DNA from: an uncultured Thermococci archaeon
Lineage (GTDB): Archaea > Methanobacteriota_B > Thermococci > Methanofastidiosales > B48-G16
Assembly: GCA_964595645.1 (NCBI GenBank)
Contig: CAZQQT010000006.1
Location: forward strand, 32,001 to 96,000
Length of the DNA: 64,000 nucleotides
Direction: 5' to 3'
Both the position numbers and the translations under genes were made by a program. Below, piece after piece: positions 30,487 through 41,535 of the stretch. Within the stretch, counting starts at the first letter, position 1, and every line of letters starts with the position of its first letter. Below the pieces are notes generated by a model that worked only from the letters and a program-made list of their open reading frames with translations, did not search any database and was not told where the DNA came from.

Positions 30487-31347
30487 TCACCCCGGAAACC
30501 CCTTCTCCGTGAACTCGAAGCTCACTTCGTACTGTTTTAACTCGAGACCGGGGAACAGTGATTTGGAGTACTTGAGGTTTTTATCGAAGTCCTCCGCGAC
30601 GATAATCGCCCGAACATCCTGCGTTTCCTCCGCGATATGTTCCTTCACGTACCCCACGTACCGCATGATCTGTCCCATCACCTTGTCTCTCACCATTCCT
30701 GTCTTGATCTCGATCACCACAAGATCGTCGTTCCTATCGACGGCGAGGATATCGATCCTCCCGGCATCAGTAGAGTACTCACTCCCCGTCCTCCCTTCAT
30801 ACGGTTGGAGTCCTTCTTCTAGGAAGTCGAGGTTGTGAAGGATGTACTCGTGGAGATCCCGTTCCAGGCTTATGGACGCTCGGTAGCGTTCTTCTACCGT
30901 TTCCTCATCCTCCTCAATTTCTACAACGTCCTCTACTTCATGATCCTCAACACCCCCTAGTTCATTCAGCGAGTAGTAGTCCTTTTCAACTACAGGGTTG
31001 CCAGCTCTCACATTTTTTAAGAATAACTTCTTTTCTTCATCGGTGAGTAGTTTGTACCTCCCCCGTCCATCCGTGACAAACAGCGGGTTCTTTTTCCACG
31101 GAACGCTGGGGTAGTTTTTCCTCGATTTCATGTTGATGGTGTGGCAGAGAATTTGGAGGTAGATCGTGTTCTCGTTCACCTCATCAGAAGGGTACATCTC
31201 CTTCACTTTTCTCTTGATAGAGCTCGGATGGAGCCAGCGGTGCTCTCCATCGAGCTCCTTGGCTGCCTCCTGACACATTTTCCAGACGTACTTAGAGTAG
31301 TGAGGCATACGATCTCTCTTGTGAGAATACATAAAAACCTTTCCCAT
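30487..31347 (-). CDS. NucS/EndoMS-like PD-(D/E)xK nuclease with N-terminal wHTH-like domain
   Basis: LERDLHE, GRIDILAVD, VVIEIK, GQIMRY; acidic linker. Confidence 0.82.
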   Translation of the reverse strand: MGKVFMYSHKRDRMPHYSKYVWKMCQEAAKELDGEHRWLHPSSIKRKVKEMYPSDEVNENTIYLQILCHTINMKSRKNYPSVPWKKNPLFVTDGRGRYKLLTDEEKKLFLKNVRAGNPVVEKDYYSLNELGGVEDHEVEDVVEIEEDEETVEERYRASISLERDLHEYILHNLDFLEEGLQPYEGRTGSEYSTDAGRIDILAVDRNDDLVVIEIKTGMVRDKVMGQIMRYVGYVKEHIAEETQDVRAIIVAEDFDKNLKYSKSLFPGLELKQYEVSFEFTEKGFPG

Positions 31348-31362
31348 TCTGAATCGTTTCGC

Positions 31363-31884
31363 CTATCTTAGTTGACGGATTTTCTCCCATTGTTCTCTGT
31401 GGTCCATAATTTGTTCAGGTTTCACGCTCATGCCCTTATACAAGTTCCCATTCTTGCAGATCTGTTGGGGCCAGACCGGCACGTTTTTTTCGTCGATTAT
31501 TACCTCTCCTTCGGAGATGTCAGATTCCAATTCCGTGTACAGCATCTTCTTCCAATTCTGGGCTGTGAGTATATAAAAATCAGGACGTTCATTCGGTTTC
31601 TTGTTCTCAAAATCCACAAAGATTAATACCTCGTCTCCCTCATGGACCCCCGTGCAGTTCGGCCACACTCTCCTCTGTTTACTCCTCACTATCGCGGTAA
31701 TGCTCTTGTGTGTCGTTTCGACAGCTATTTTATTCCCTCTCCCTTTTATACTTACACGGAAGTCTCTTTTGCAAAGCTCACTGGCGGCTGCAAACGTCGC
31801 TGCCAACCCCAACATCCTCTTTGGAATGCTCATCGCACTACTCTTTGTTTTGAAATTTTTAAGTTTTTGTTTTCTGAAAATCAA
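31363..31884 (-). CDS. Hypothetical protein, degenerate PD-(D/E)xK-like fold
   Basis: AASELCKRDF...VRSKQ...IFVDF...PDFYIL pattern; catalytic acids not evident. Confidence 0.5.
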   Translation of the reverse strand: MIFRKQKLKNFKTKSSAMSIPKRMLGLAATFAAASELCKRDFRVSIKGRGNKIAVETTHKSITAIVRSKQRRVWPNCTGVHEGDEVLIFVDFENKKPNERPDFYILTAQNWKKMLYTELESDISEGEVIIDEKNVPVWPQQICKNGNLYKGMSVKPEQIMDHREQWEKIRQLR

Positions 31885-31951
31885 TATCGTGACTGTTGCG
31901 TTGAAGATACAGTGTAAAAGTATTTTATAGATTAATCCTTATACTGTATGT

Positions 31952-32614
31952 ATGAACTATGTAGGACGATTAGAGAAGGAGAGCTGCCCTTGCGAATGTC
32001 ACTTCAGAAAGAAAGATCTCCCGATAATAACGATCCCGGCACCAAAAAATCCTGAGATAATCCTCGTCTCACGAGACCCCACTACAGATTTTCTCCCAAT
32101 CTATGCGTACTCTGAGCAGTATGATGCAGAACAACGACGAAAAATGTTGTTCACCGCGGCTATCCCTCATCTCCTGATTGTACAGATAACGAAATTTCTG
32201 AGGGTAGGAAAAGAAAAAGGAGAGAATGAAGAGAGAATCTCTACACTGTACGAGCAAAGAGGAAAGCTCTTCACACTGTACGAGAGTACGTACTGGACAC
32301 ACCTACAGAAATGTCCTACAGTCAGCTGTGCGAAAAATGGGTTCAAAAAGAAGTATGCTAGAATATGTGCAGACAAATGGCTAGAGGAAGAGTTGTCTCA
32401 TGTGGTGGAAGCTCATGACATAAAAGCTCTTATTGCGTTGGGAAACGACGTTCAAGAATGGATAGATAAGTGGAACGGAAACAGAGGGAGTAAGATAATA
32501 AGTTTGCCCCACCCCTCCAATCAAAACAATCGGTACTGGTGTCGTAACGAGAAGTACCAACAGAAGATCAACGAAATGGAAGAGGAAATTGAGGAACTTG
32601 TGGATCTGCTTTGA
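31952..32614 (+). CDS. Uracil-DNA-glycosylase superfamily protein
   Basis: IILVSRDP, YWTHLQKC, IALG, LPHPS. Confidence 0.8.
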   Translation: MNYVGRLEKESCPCECHFRKKDLPIITIPAPKNPEIILVSRDPTTDFLPIYAYSEQYDAEQRRKMLFTAAIPHLLIVQITKFLRVGKEKGENEERISTLYEQRGKLFTLYESTYWTHLQKCPTVSCAKNGFKKKYARICADKWLEEELSHVVEAHDIKALIALGNDVQEWIDKWNGNRGSKIISLPHPSNQNNRYWCRNEKYQQKINEMEEEIEELVDLL

Positions 32615-32883
32615 ATCATTTGGCATTGAGAAAAAGAAAACGTTTACTGATACTAACTTTAAAGAACTATCAACGTTTACTTACTCTCTGATAAAATAAT
32701 TGAAAAATATATGCACCATATATTCTTCTCCTCTCTTACTCCGATCACCTAAAAATAGTCATGACACAGCGAAATATGGAGGAATGTAAAATTAAAAATT
32801 TTTAAAGTATAAACATCTTCTTTTCGAACTTGTTGCTATGAAATAAAAAGAAATAAATGATTTTATAATAAAATAAAAAATTC

Positions 32884-33438
32884 TTAAGGTTTTCCAGAAA
32901 AAATAACAACAAAAACAGCTAAATAAGAGATAAATATCAATAAAATGGCCGAAACTATATTGAAAGAAAGTACAAGAACAAGACCAAAATCAAACCAGAG
33001 GAGAATCATCCCGATATTGATACCTAAAAGTAGCTTGTGTGCACGTATGTTCGTGTCAGGGCCTGGAGTGTATACCTTCTTAAATGAGTTTATAAGATCT
33101 TCTTTGGGCAGATCAACAAAATTTTCGTCTGTATTATCTAAAAGAGTATACAATTCTTTATTTTTCCTTTGGGAGATATGTACGTTCAAAGTTGTGAGGA
33201 TAGAAAATAGAATTGCAAACCCTAAAAAAAGTATTATCAAATTCGATCTTAAATTTCTATTCATTTGTTCTATAAGCCCTGTAATTGTCAAAAGAAAAAT
33301 TGAAGTGATAAATAAAAGAAAATATGTTTTTTCCATGGCGAATTTTGTGTAATTAGGTATTTCATTTCCAATTGTTTTTATATACTCTATTATCGTATTA
33401 AAATTCCCTGTATCTTTTGGTTTCCTTTCTTCGCCCAT
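32884..33438 (-). CDS. Hypothetical membrane protein (about 4 TM)
   Basis: AT-rich ORF with hydrophobic segments and upstream TATA. Confidence 0.7.
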   Translation of the reverse strand: MGEERKPKDTGNFNTIIEYIKTIGNEIPNYTKFAMEKTYFLLFITSIFLLTITGLIEQMNRNLRSNLIILFLGFAILFSILTTLNVHISQRKNKELYTLLDNTDENFVDLPKEDLINSFKKVYTPGPDTNIRAHKLLLGINIGMILLWFDFGLVLVLSFNIVSAILLIFISYLAVFVVIFSGKP

Positions 33439-33506
33439 ACGATAAAGTCAGAATCAATCCTTAAATAAGTTTTTATTATTTTTTCAGAAATTATAAGGCC
33501 ATTCTT

Positions 33507-34150
33507 TTAGGCATGATGTATCTTTTCTTTCTCGAATTTCACTTTCTCTAGGTCACTGTGAAATCTATCTATTTCTTCTTGCATCAACCAATCTCTTTTG
33601 GGGTTTGGCCATTTTTCGAGTCCTTTTTTAGAGTAATAAAGGAACATATTGCTCACGGTAGCAAAAATATTCTGGCATGCTCGATCGTAGTCTTCACAGT
33701 CTGGAGGAGGAAAGGGCAAATCTCCAGATTTATGATATAGTTCCGTAACTTCTTCGTCCATCCTTTGCATTTCGGCGACAAATTTTTCTTCGGTGATCTT
33801 TTCTTGTTCATATTCTTCGAAATGCTGAGTTGCCCGCTCCGCAAAATATATCATCTCATTTAGTACAGGTTCAAGGGCACCTAAAAACTCCTCCTTATTC
33901 CCTTGATATCTCTCAAAAAGTTCTTTGCGATCCTTATAACGGTCATTCCAAAGAATTTCGATCCCTTCTAAAGTCTCATTGCCTCCTATCCCCGAGGGAC
34001 GAATCTCTGTTGGTAAGGATGAATCTATCCAACAACTCCGACAAACCCAATTTGCATTTTGTATATCTTCCATGTCGTGGGCGATAAATAGCCATACTAC
34101 ATGAGCAGGCGTTTCTCCCCACCGTCTTTCTACTCGTTCATTGCGGTAAT
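33507..34150 (-). pseudogene. Probable C-terminal fragment of a larger protein
   Basis: Frame stays open upstream of the ATG (NNYRNERVERRWGETPAHVVWLFIAHDMED) to a stop, with no start signal. Confidence 0.5.
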
Positions 34151-34317
34151 TATTCTAGTAAAATAAAGATGATTTGAAACATCAATAAAGCCAATCTTTT
34201 GATCTTATATCTATTTTTTCGAATTTCGATTTTCATATCTTTATCCCGTATTTGGTTTACAATATCGGTATTGAACTGTTCTTCTTGTATGATTCCAATG
34301 TTTCCTTTTTACATTTT

Positions 34318-35880
34318 TTACCTTTTTTTATCAATGGAACGTCTTATCTCTATTTCATCTTTTCGCTCCTTAAATTCTTTAACTTTTCCCTTTATCCATT
34401 CTTTTGTTCCTTTAAAGGCATCTTCGGCATTAACTTCTTTATCTTCTAACTTAAAATGAATTAAGTTATTCCACTCCTCAGCTTCCGCGATAAGTTTGTC
34501 TATGTGTTCTATTAACCCCCCAACTTGACTTTCTTCTCTTTCCTCGCCTTCACGAATAAAATCATTTAAAAACTTATATTTCTCTTCTAATTCGAATTTA
34601 GTATCCTCATTGCTTATAGAAACATTCAAATCTCTACCAAATTCCATTCTTGAGTAAGTTAACAGCAAAAGATAGTAATAGTAAATGTAATGAATAGCGT
34701 CATGGAAATCTCTTAGATCAGTAAAGTGTTTCCACGCTGTATCTCCCTTCCCTCCATATAAAAACATCAGAGTAACGAATTTAATGTCAAAGCTAACTGG
34801 GGACTCATTGGCATGCCTCGTTATCGAATCCTCTGGTGTTGTGTGCGTCCAAAGTTCTTTGAGATATTTCTGAACATCGATATTTTCATGTTCTCTACAA
34901 AAGAAGAGATACCATCCAACATCAAAAAAAGTTTTGTACAGGAGAGAACTGACATGAAGGTTGTCCACGTCGTTCTCTATCTCTGTCATAATCTTTTCCT
35001 TATTTTCTTTGAACTCTGATACTTGGTGTCTGATCCGCTCTTTGAGATTATCAAAGTTGTTCCCTCTCCAATCTTCAAATTTTTCAGGATGAGTTCTCCG
35101 TCGGTGATCTATATCGATAGCATCACAACTTTTTTCTGTGTGATCGAAGAACTCTTGAAGCATTTTTTTGAAGTTCTCATATAAATCCCTTGAGAAAAAA
35201 TTTTTAAAGAGGATAAATCTAAGGTAAAAGAGTAATTTTCTGCGTCTTTTCATAAAAGATGTAGTTTCTTCCGAACTAAAATAGTGAAATGGCACATTTG
35301 ATAGAGGAAGTTCATTTTCAATCTTTTGTTTCGATCTTAAAGGATCTAGGTGTAATGATAGGCTAAAAATATGTATCTCATCCTTGAAAAGATCGAAATC
35401 ATCGTTATCTACAATTATTTCATTACTGCGAAAAATATTGGTGCAAATAAAATTCTCCATGTATTCTTCACGAAATTTTTTGAGAGGTAGAGGATACTGC
35501 AAGACTCCCGGGAATACCTGTAGTAATCGATATTTCGAGTTATCATTAGTCTGTATAGCCACCTCTAAAAATTGGGAAAAAAAGTTTCCATGAATAGACG
35601 GAGTATCCATTATTTCGCTCAATACATCTTTATTTCCTACAATTTGAAGTGTTTTGAAAATATAATTAGATAGCGTATCAACGATCTCCCTCACTACATT
35701 ATCATTGCCCACTTGAATGGCGTTTTTGAATAGTCTAAATTTTTGTTCAAGTAAATACTTAGAAATTCTATTTTTTTCTTCGGGTAGATAGAAGAGACTT
35801 TTTTTCTCTATCGTATACTTCTCCGGGTTTTGAGCTTTCAATTTTAAGAAATTTTCAAAGATCTCAAATTTCGTCTCCAA
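34318..35880 (-). CDS. Hypothetical protein (520 aa, helical)
   Basis: Long ORF; no motif recognised. Confidence 0.7.
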   Translation of the reverse strand: METKFEIFENFLKLKAQNPEKYTIEKKSLFYLPEEKNRISKYLLEQKFRLFKNAIQVGNDNVVREIVDTLSNYIFKTLQIVGNKDVLSEIMDTPSIHGNFFSQFLEVAIQTNDNSKYRLLQVFPGVLQYPLPLKKFREEYMENFICTNIFRSNEIIVDNDDFDLFKDEIHIFSLSLHLDPLRSKQKIENELPLSNVPFHYFSSEETTSFMKRRRKLLFYLRFILFKNFFSRDLYENFKKMLQEFFDHTEKSCDAIDIDHRRRTHPEKFEDWRGNNFDNLKERIRHQVSEFKENKEKIMTEIENDVDNLHVSSLLYKTFFDVGWYLFFCREHENIDVQKYLKELWTHTTPEDSITRHANESPVSFDIKFVTLMFLYGGKGDTAWKHFTDLRDFHDAIHYIYYYYLLLLTYSRMEFGRDLNVSISNEDTKFELEEKYKFLNDFIREGEEREESQVGGLIEHIDKLIAEAEEWNNLIHFKLEDKEVNAEDAFKGTKEWIKGKVKEFKERKDEIEIRRSIDKKR

Positions 35881-36241
35881 TATCTTTTTAACAACTATAT
35901 CCTCCCCCCTTCATATCGAAATATACATGTAAATAAGGAGATTGAACAAAAAGAGAGAAAATTCATAGAAAAAATTCAACAGTGAACTTTGGCCATGCCT
36001 CTTAGGGTTTATTTCAAAATAGAATCTAGAAAGATTGTAGATGAAACTTCTGGACTTTTCAGCGCTCCACCTTAGTATCTTGAGCCATTAAGCTTTGACC
36101 TTCTCGGGCACATCCTCCCCATAATGGATTATCAGTTTCATCCTGAGATTGATGCTTGTATGCTTGGGGTAGGTAGTGTCTCTTCTATCTTGAGCAAAAG
36201 TACTTTAAACAAAAAATCGTAATAATATATATGGCATTGCT

Positions 36242-36697
36242 ATGGACGAGGCTAAAGTTCAATCCATATTGAAACACTGGTTTGAGAAACGAGGATTTAG
36301 GACGATAGAGAATATGAGGTTATCTCCTGGAAATAATGTCGATTTGGTCGCTCAAAAAGATAACGAGAAATGGATCGTGGAGATAAAAGGCGACTACAAC
36401 AGTAGTACAGCTCAATATAGTGTGAACTTTGATACGGGTATGGGCCAAATTCTAAAAAGTATTTCAAAATTGAATAATAAAGTGAAATATGCCATTTGTA
36501 TACCCTTTAGTAGGACAGAACGTGGCGAGAGACTTTCTTATAGACTCATCCTCAATAAATACTCAAAATCCATTGCATTCAAAACACTCCAAATTCATCT
36601 TATTCTAGTTCGAGACAATGAATCTGTTGAACTAATATACCCAGAAGGAGTCAGTTCGTTTCTGGATACAATTGATCCAGCGATAAAGAGGAGGTAA
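36242..36697 (+). CDS. Small PD-(D/E)xK restriction-endonuclease-like protein
   Basis: E..VQ, VDLVAQK, IVEIKG, GMGQIL. Confidence 0.75.
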   Translation: MDEAKVQSILKHWFEKRGFRTIENMRLSPGNNVDLVAQKDNEKWIVEIKGDYNSSTAQYSVNFDTGMGQILKSISKLNNKVKYAICIPFSRTERGERLSYRLILNKYSKSIAFKTLQIHLILVRDNESVELIYPEGVSSFLDTIDPAIKRR

Positions 36698-36701
36698 GTA
36701 T

Positions 36702-37334
36702 ATGAAAAAGAGTTTAATATTGATTCCGTGTTGCGGTTCTAAAAAGGAGGGTGGTACAGTAGAGTACGACAGGGATATCTCTATCTTCCACTACCTACCA
36801 GAAAGATCGCGAGATCACTTGATGAGACTGAGGAGAACATTGTTCGAGTATTTTTCTCTTCCCAGGGGGAAAGATATAGAGTATCCTGATGAGAATACGG
36901 TACAGTATATGGAAGCTTATAAAAGATACACCGGAACTTACTCCCAGATTTACCGACGAATTTCTTCCTTCGCATGGAAAAAATTAGAAAAAACACCGCA
37001 ACTCGATCTGGTGATAGTTTCCGCATTATATGGGATAGTGAGATTCAACGAACCGATACGAAACTATAACAGAACGATGAAGGACAAGGTACAGAACCAG
37101 ACGCTAAAGACATGGTGGAGGAAACATGGCCTATGTGAGATTGTGAGAGGGTACATTGAGAACAACAGGATCACAGAATTGCATAACGTGCTGTCAAACG
37201 ATTACAACGATGCTCTTCGAGGGTGTTTTGAGAAGGTATTTACAACGTACGTCTACCATGATTTCTCAGAGTATAGAAGTGGAAGTAATGCCCATCGAGG
37301 AAAATGGGTGGACACCTTTGTAAAGAATTTTTAG
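36702..37334 (+). CDS. YaaA/DUF6884-like protein
   Basis: ILIPCCGSKK, AYKRYTG, IVSALYGIV, IRNYN. Confidence 0.75.
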   Translation: MKKSLILIPCCGSKKEGGTVEYDRDISIFHYLPERSRDHLMRLRRTLFEYFSLPRGKDIEYPDENTVQYMEAYKRYTGTYSQIYRRISSFAWKKLEKTPQLDLVIVSALYGIVRFNEPIRNYNRTMKDKVQNQTLKTWWRKHGLCEIVRGYIENNRITELHNVLSNDYNDALRGCFEKVFTTYVYHDFSEYRSGSNAHRGKWVDTFVKNF

Positions 37335-37399
37335 AAAGAAGTAACGAGGATACTCTGATAACAGTAAGTACTTATATGATAAGGAAAAAAGTAAGAGTG

Positions 37400-38095
37400 A
37401 TGAGTAGAAAGATACCCAAAAATATTACACGGGAAGATGTGGTTCACGCTCTACAAGAGATTCAAGAAAAGGGAGTTCCTTCGAGATACGGATATAGAAC
37501 AAACTATGTACTGTTCGAAAATGAAAAGTTCCCGCCGAAGTATGTGATCATGGTCGCTAATAAATACGCAAATGGAAGAGAGTTGGATGCTTCTGAGCTC
37601 TATACTAACGGAGCTCGAAAATACTTAAGAGATCTTGGATTTAAAGTAATAAGAGAGGAAAAAGAAGGAATAAACGATGATGAAACAGCGGAAGAACGCT
37701 ACCAGGCCTCTGTTAGTTTGGAGAGGGATCTTCATGAATTTCTTTTTCGAAATCTCGACTTCCTAGAAGAAGGACTCCAACCGTATGAAGGGAGGACGGG
37801 GAGTGAGTACTCTACTGATGCCGGGAGGATCGATATTCTCGCTGTCGATAGGAACGGCGATCTCGTGGTAATCGAGATCAAGACGGGGACGGTAAAAGAC
37901 AAAGTGATGGGACAAATCATGCGGTACGTGGGGTTCGTGAAGGAGCACATCGCAGAGAAAACGCAGGATGTCCGGGCTATTATCGTCGCGGATGACTTCG
38001 ATGAAAACCTCAAATACTCCAAATTGATGTTTCCTAATCTCGAGTTAAAACGGTACGAAGTGAGCTTCGAGTTCACGGAGAAGAAATTTTTATAG
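37400..38095 (+). CDS. NucS/EndoMS-like nuclease with N-terminal domain resembling the McrA-type head domain
   Basis: IPKNITREDV...FPPKYVI...YLRDLGF followed by a C-terminal domain nearly identical to 30487-30900. Confidence 0.82.
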   Translation: MSRKIPKNITREDVVHALQEIQEKGVPSRYGYRTNYVLFENEKFPPKYVIMVANKYANGRELDASELYTNGARKYLRDLGFKVIREEKEGINDDETAEERYQASVSLERDLHEFLFRNLDFLEEGLQPYEGRTGSEYSTDAGRIDILAVDRNGDLVVIEIKTGTVKDKVMGQIMRYVGFVKEHIAEKTQDVRAIIVADDFDENLKYSKLMFPNLELKRYEVSFEFTEKKFL

Positions 38096-38145
38096 GTGAG
38101 TAGATGGTCTTTAAAAGATCAGATAAGTTATCAAGGTAGGAGGAG

Positions 38146-38835
38146 ATGTTAGATTCGTTAGAGAGAGTACATCAGAAAGTTAGGAACAACAAAAAAGAGG
38201 AGAAATCCTTTTGTGCGGGGTACCCTTTGGCGGACAACTATGATGGGCCTGTTTTCATTGAACATGCAGGCAAGTCTGCCCCAAAGGTAATAATTGTATC
38301 TGAAAGTCCGGCTGGATTTGAGAGCATAGAATATGATTTTTCAAAGATAGATAGATGGAAAGAGAAAGTAATGGATGAGATCAGGAACTTCACGAGGTGG
38401 GAGACGATAGGGCAGTTGAACACATTGGCAAAATTTTTGGCAGCGTTAACGGCGAATAACATGTCCGACCCCGAGAATCCAATTACCGTTAACCCAATAT
38501 ACTGGACCCATGCAGTGAAATGTTTTATCCAAAGAGATGAACCGTTACACAAAGCAAAAAGACGATTGGGCAAAAGATTTGATAAGGCTTGTAGGTTTTG
38601 TGCGGGATATTTGTAAGAAGAGATCAAAACCATCAATCCCAAAGTTGTTGTTTTAGTGGGTAGCAAAGCTTTCGATGCTGTGTTTCCGAGAAGGAAAAGA
38701 GATATAATTGGAAAGTCTATAAAGTTCCTCGAAGCAGAATTCATTTATACGTACCATCCAAACGCAAGAATAAAAAGGAACTACAAGAAAAAGGCGTTCG
38801 TTCATGCCAGAAAAAGAATAAAAAGCTATTTGTAA
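38146..38835 (+). pseudogene. UDG-superfamily gene with one internal TAA
   Basis: IIVSESP, YWTHAVKC, then YL*EEIKTINPKVVVLVG...TYHPNA in the same frame to 38835. Confidence 0.8.
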
Positions 38836-38912
38836 GAAAAAAGTATTTAGAAATATTACATATATGTTATTATTCAACGTGACAAGTATTTTATCCTTAG
38901 AACGCGTAGCGA

Positions 38913-39200
38913 TCAAATTTCAACTCTGCTCTTTCCAAAAGAGGCTTCAGCTTGTTTGAGGATAGGTTCTATCAAGGGTTCATACTCGTTGTAAGAGAAA
39001 TCCCTATCTTTCAGTATCTTTTTAATCTCGGTTTTCATTTTAAATCGCATTTTTTGTCGCTTTGTCCAATCAATCTTCGCTTTCTTTTTTAGTCGAGTTT
39101 GAATTTCAATAGCATTTTCTTTCAGCTACTCTGAGAGAATTTCTTTTTCGGTGTGTTGCGAAATCGCATCATAAAATGCGAGTTCATCTTCATTCAGTTC
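38913..39200 (-). pseudogene. hsdR: Remnant of type I restriction subunit HsdR C-terminus (DUF3387-like)
   Basis: Hand translation ELNEDELAFYDAI...SE*LKE...KIDWTKRQKMRFKMKTEIKKIL...ILKQAEA. Confidence 0.75.
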
Positions 39201-39493
39201 AATCGTATACTCTATGTTTAATACTATCACTCTCCTTTGCGTGGGGAGGAGTGACGTTGAAGGCACTAATAACCATGCTAATAAGGACTAACAAGACCAC
39301 AAGTTCTCATTTCAATCAATCACTGTACATTTTACAAATAGAAATACTTAAGATTTTCGATAGATGATGCCAGTGTAACAAGTCCATACTTCTTGAGAGA
39401 ACTACGAACAAAATGACTGTTTTCCCAAAATAGAGTGTATGTGATGGATTTCTGTAGATTATATAGTACGAAGATTTCCCTATGATACTCAGA

Positions 39494-41535
39494 TCAACGC
39501 AACATCTTCCGTGCGAACACATAGATAAACAGTGCGATGAAGAACGCACCGATGAGGGATTCTACTGCCGAGAGCCAGCGACTCGTATTGCCTTTCGGCT
39601 TGATATATTTCGTTCCGAGTGTGGAGAATGACGCGATGCTGAAGAGAAGGCAGTAGGCGAAATTGCCGAAGGTTCTTCTAATGCCTACAGTATGTGTTTT
39701 GATAAAAGAAAAAAAGAAGCATATAGGGGAAAAAATCTTTCTATCGCGATTATTTATCTCCCAAGAAAAAAATCTGTAAAAGTTGTTGTCTAATCTATAT
39801 GGTCGAGTATTAATCTCGATTCCTAAAATCAAGAATAATCCTGCAAATCCTAATATGGTAAAAAATGAACAAATTAAAATATTTTTGATTCTTTCTCCAT
39901 ATCCACAAGTTAAATATAGAACTTGTAGCTTCCACCAGTCGAGTTGTGTTATAGATGCTTTTTTTCTCTTCATCTCCATCTCACGATAAAAAAAGTGACC
40001 TGCCATCTCACTGTTACCATGATTTTGAAATGAAATCTTTATATTTCGATATATTTTTTCCAATTGACTACAGCATAGATTTCTATCTGTCTCTTCATAA
40101 ATTTTATAATCTTCTGGTCATCCACAATCAACGAAATCTACGTTCGATAGATAAGCTCCAGAAAAAAATGTTCCATTTAGATCGGTCTCTTCAATTCGAG
40201 CATGTCCAAAGCCTTCAAAATGCTCTAAATGAATTATTCGAATTTTTTTAGGCTTTAAATAAAAAATGTATCCAAATCTTGCATTTTCTAGTTTTAAATC
40301 ATCTTCAAAAACTATTTCGGCAAAACAAGTATCACCATAAAACTTCGTTTTACTAAAATTAGCTTCTACATAAAAGATACAGGCGTCAAAATCTGTTGGA
40401 CCACGAAACTCTGTTCCTTCAAAACTTACGTTTGATTCTCCATTTTCTTTACCAAAAGTTGTATTTTTATTATCTGTATGTCGTTGAAACCGTACCATAT
40501 CTTCAAAAACAGCATCTTCAAAAGATACATTGCCCTCAAATGTCACACCACTGAAATCTGCTTCACCTTCGAAAATTGTGCCTTCATCCAATCCTCCTTT
40601 TTAAACCATGCTTCCTTTTTAAACGTGGTATCTAAAAAGAGAACTTCATCTGTAAATGTTATATCGTTGAAATTAGCAGTACCGTTGAAGTCTACATGTT
40701 CAAAGTATGCGTATCCTTTGAAGGTTGTGTGTTTAGATGGTGAGTCTTCTTCAGGCTCTATACTATTGAATTCTACACCTTCTTCAAAAGTAACATTGTC
40801 AAAAATTGTATTTCCATTAAACGTAACGTTTTGAAAAGATGCATTTCCTTTTACAATACTTGTACTGTCGCTCTGCCCGAAACGGAAATTATTTTCAAAG
40901 ACTGATCCTTTGAAGTTAACACTACTATCAAACTTGAATTCCCAAAATGATATATCTTTTTGGAAGATTGCGTTTTTGAAATGCACAAAGTCTGTGGCAT
41001 TTATATCGTGAAAGTTTACCTCTTCCTCAAAAGTTGCCTTATTGAATTTTGTACCGCCCTTTTTAAATGATACGCCCATAAATTTTGCTTTCTCTTTGAA
41101 TGTAACCCCAATAAAACTGGCATAATTATTTCCACGGTTTTCAAACGTAACATTCTCGAAAAGAACATTATCTTCAAACGTAGCATTACAAAAATTTGCA
41201 TCTGTCAGAGTAGTGTCACTACAACTTACATCCTCCTCAAAAATCGCATTGCTAAAGTCTACATCTGCAAAGGTGCCCTCACTCAAATCGATCTCAAAAG
41301 GAAATATATACCACGAAAAATCGTAGTCATGACGTTTTATCTTTTCTTCGAATTCTTCTTTTCTTTCAGTTAGTTCTTCTATTTTCTCCTCCACTTCCTC
41401 TTTTATCTTTTCATATTTCTCAATAGTGCTTCCCAATCTGATCTCCTTCTCTTTTTTCTCTGGTAAATCTTCGAACCTTCCTTCAAGTTTATTTATTTTT
41501 TTATCGATCTCCTTTTTTTTCTTTTTTGGGCATAT
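39494..41535 (-). pseudogene. Pentapeptide-repeat protein with C-terminal two-TM ion-channel-like domain, disrupted
   Basis: F..A.F repeats in 40118-41436; frameshift near 40600; in-frame TGA at 40118 (DCG*PEDY); C-terminal GYGER...SFSTLG...ESLIG. Confidence 0.8.

Noticed and set aside
18813-40120. Three in-frame TGA codons where Trp looks plausible (MFS YS*RS, nitrilase-like VG*TS, pentapeptide DCG*PE), suggesting TGA=Trp or Sec recoding
   Set aside because: The same genes also carry frameshifts, TGG is used normally, and TGA terminates many intact genes here. A TGG>TGA transition in pseudogenes is sufficient.
40590-40610. Possible programmed -1 frameshift at TTT AAA AAG in the pentapeptide gene
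   Set aside because: Not a canonical X XXY YYZ heptamer in the reading frame, and the gene has other lesions
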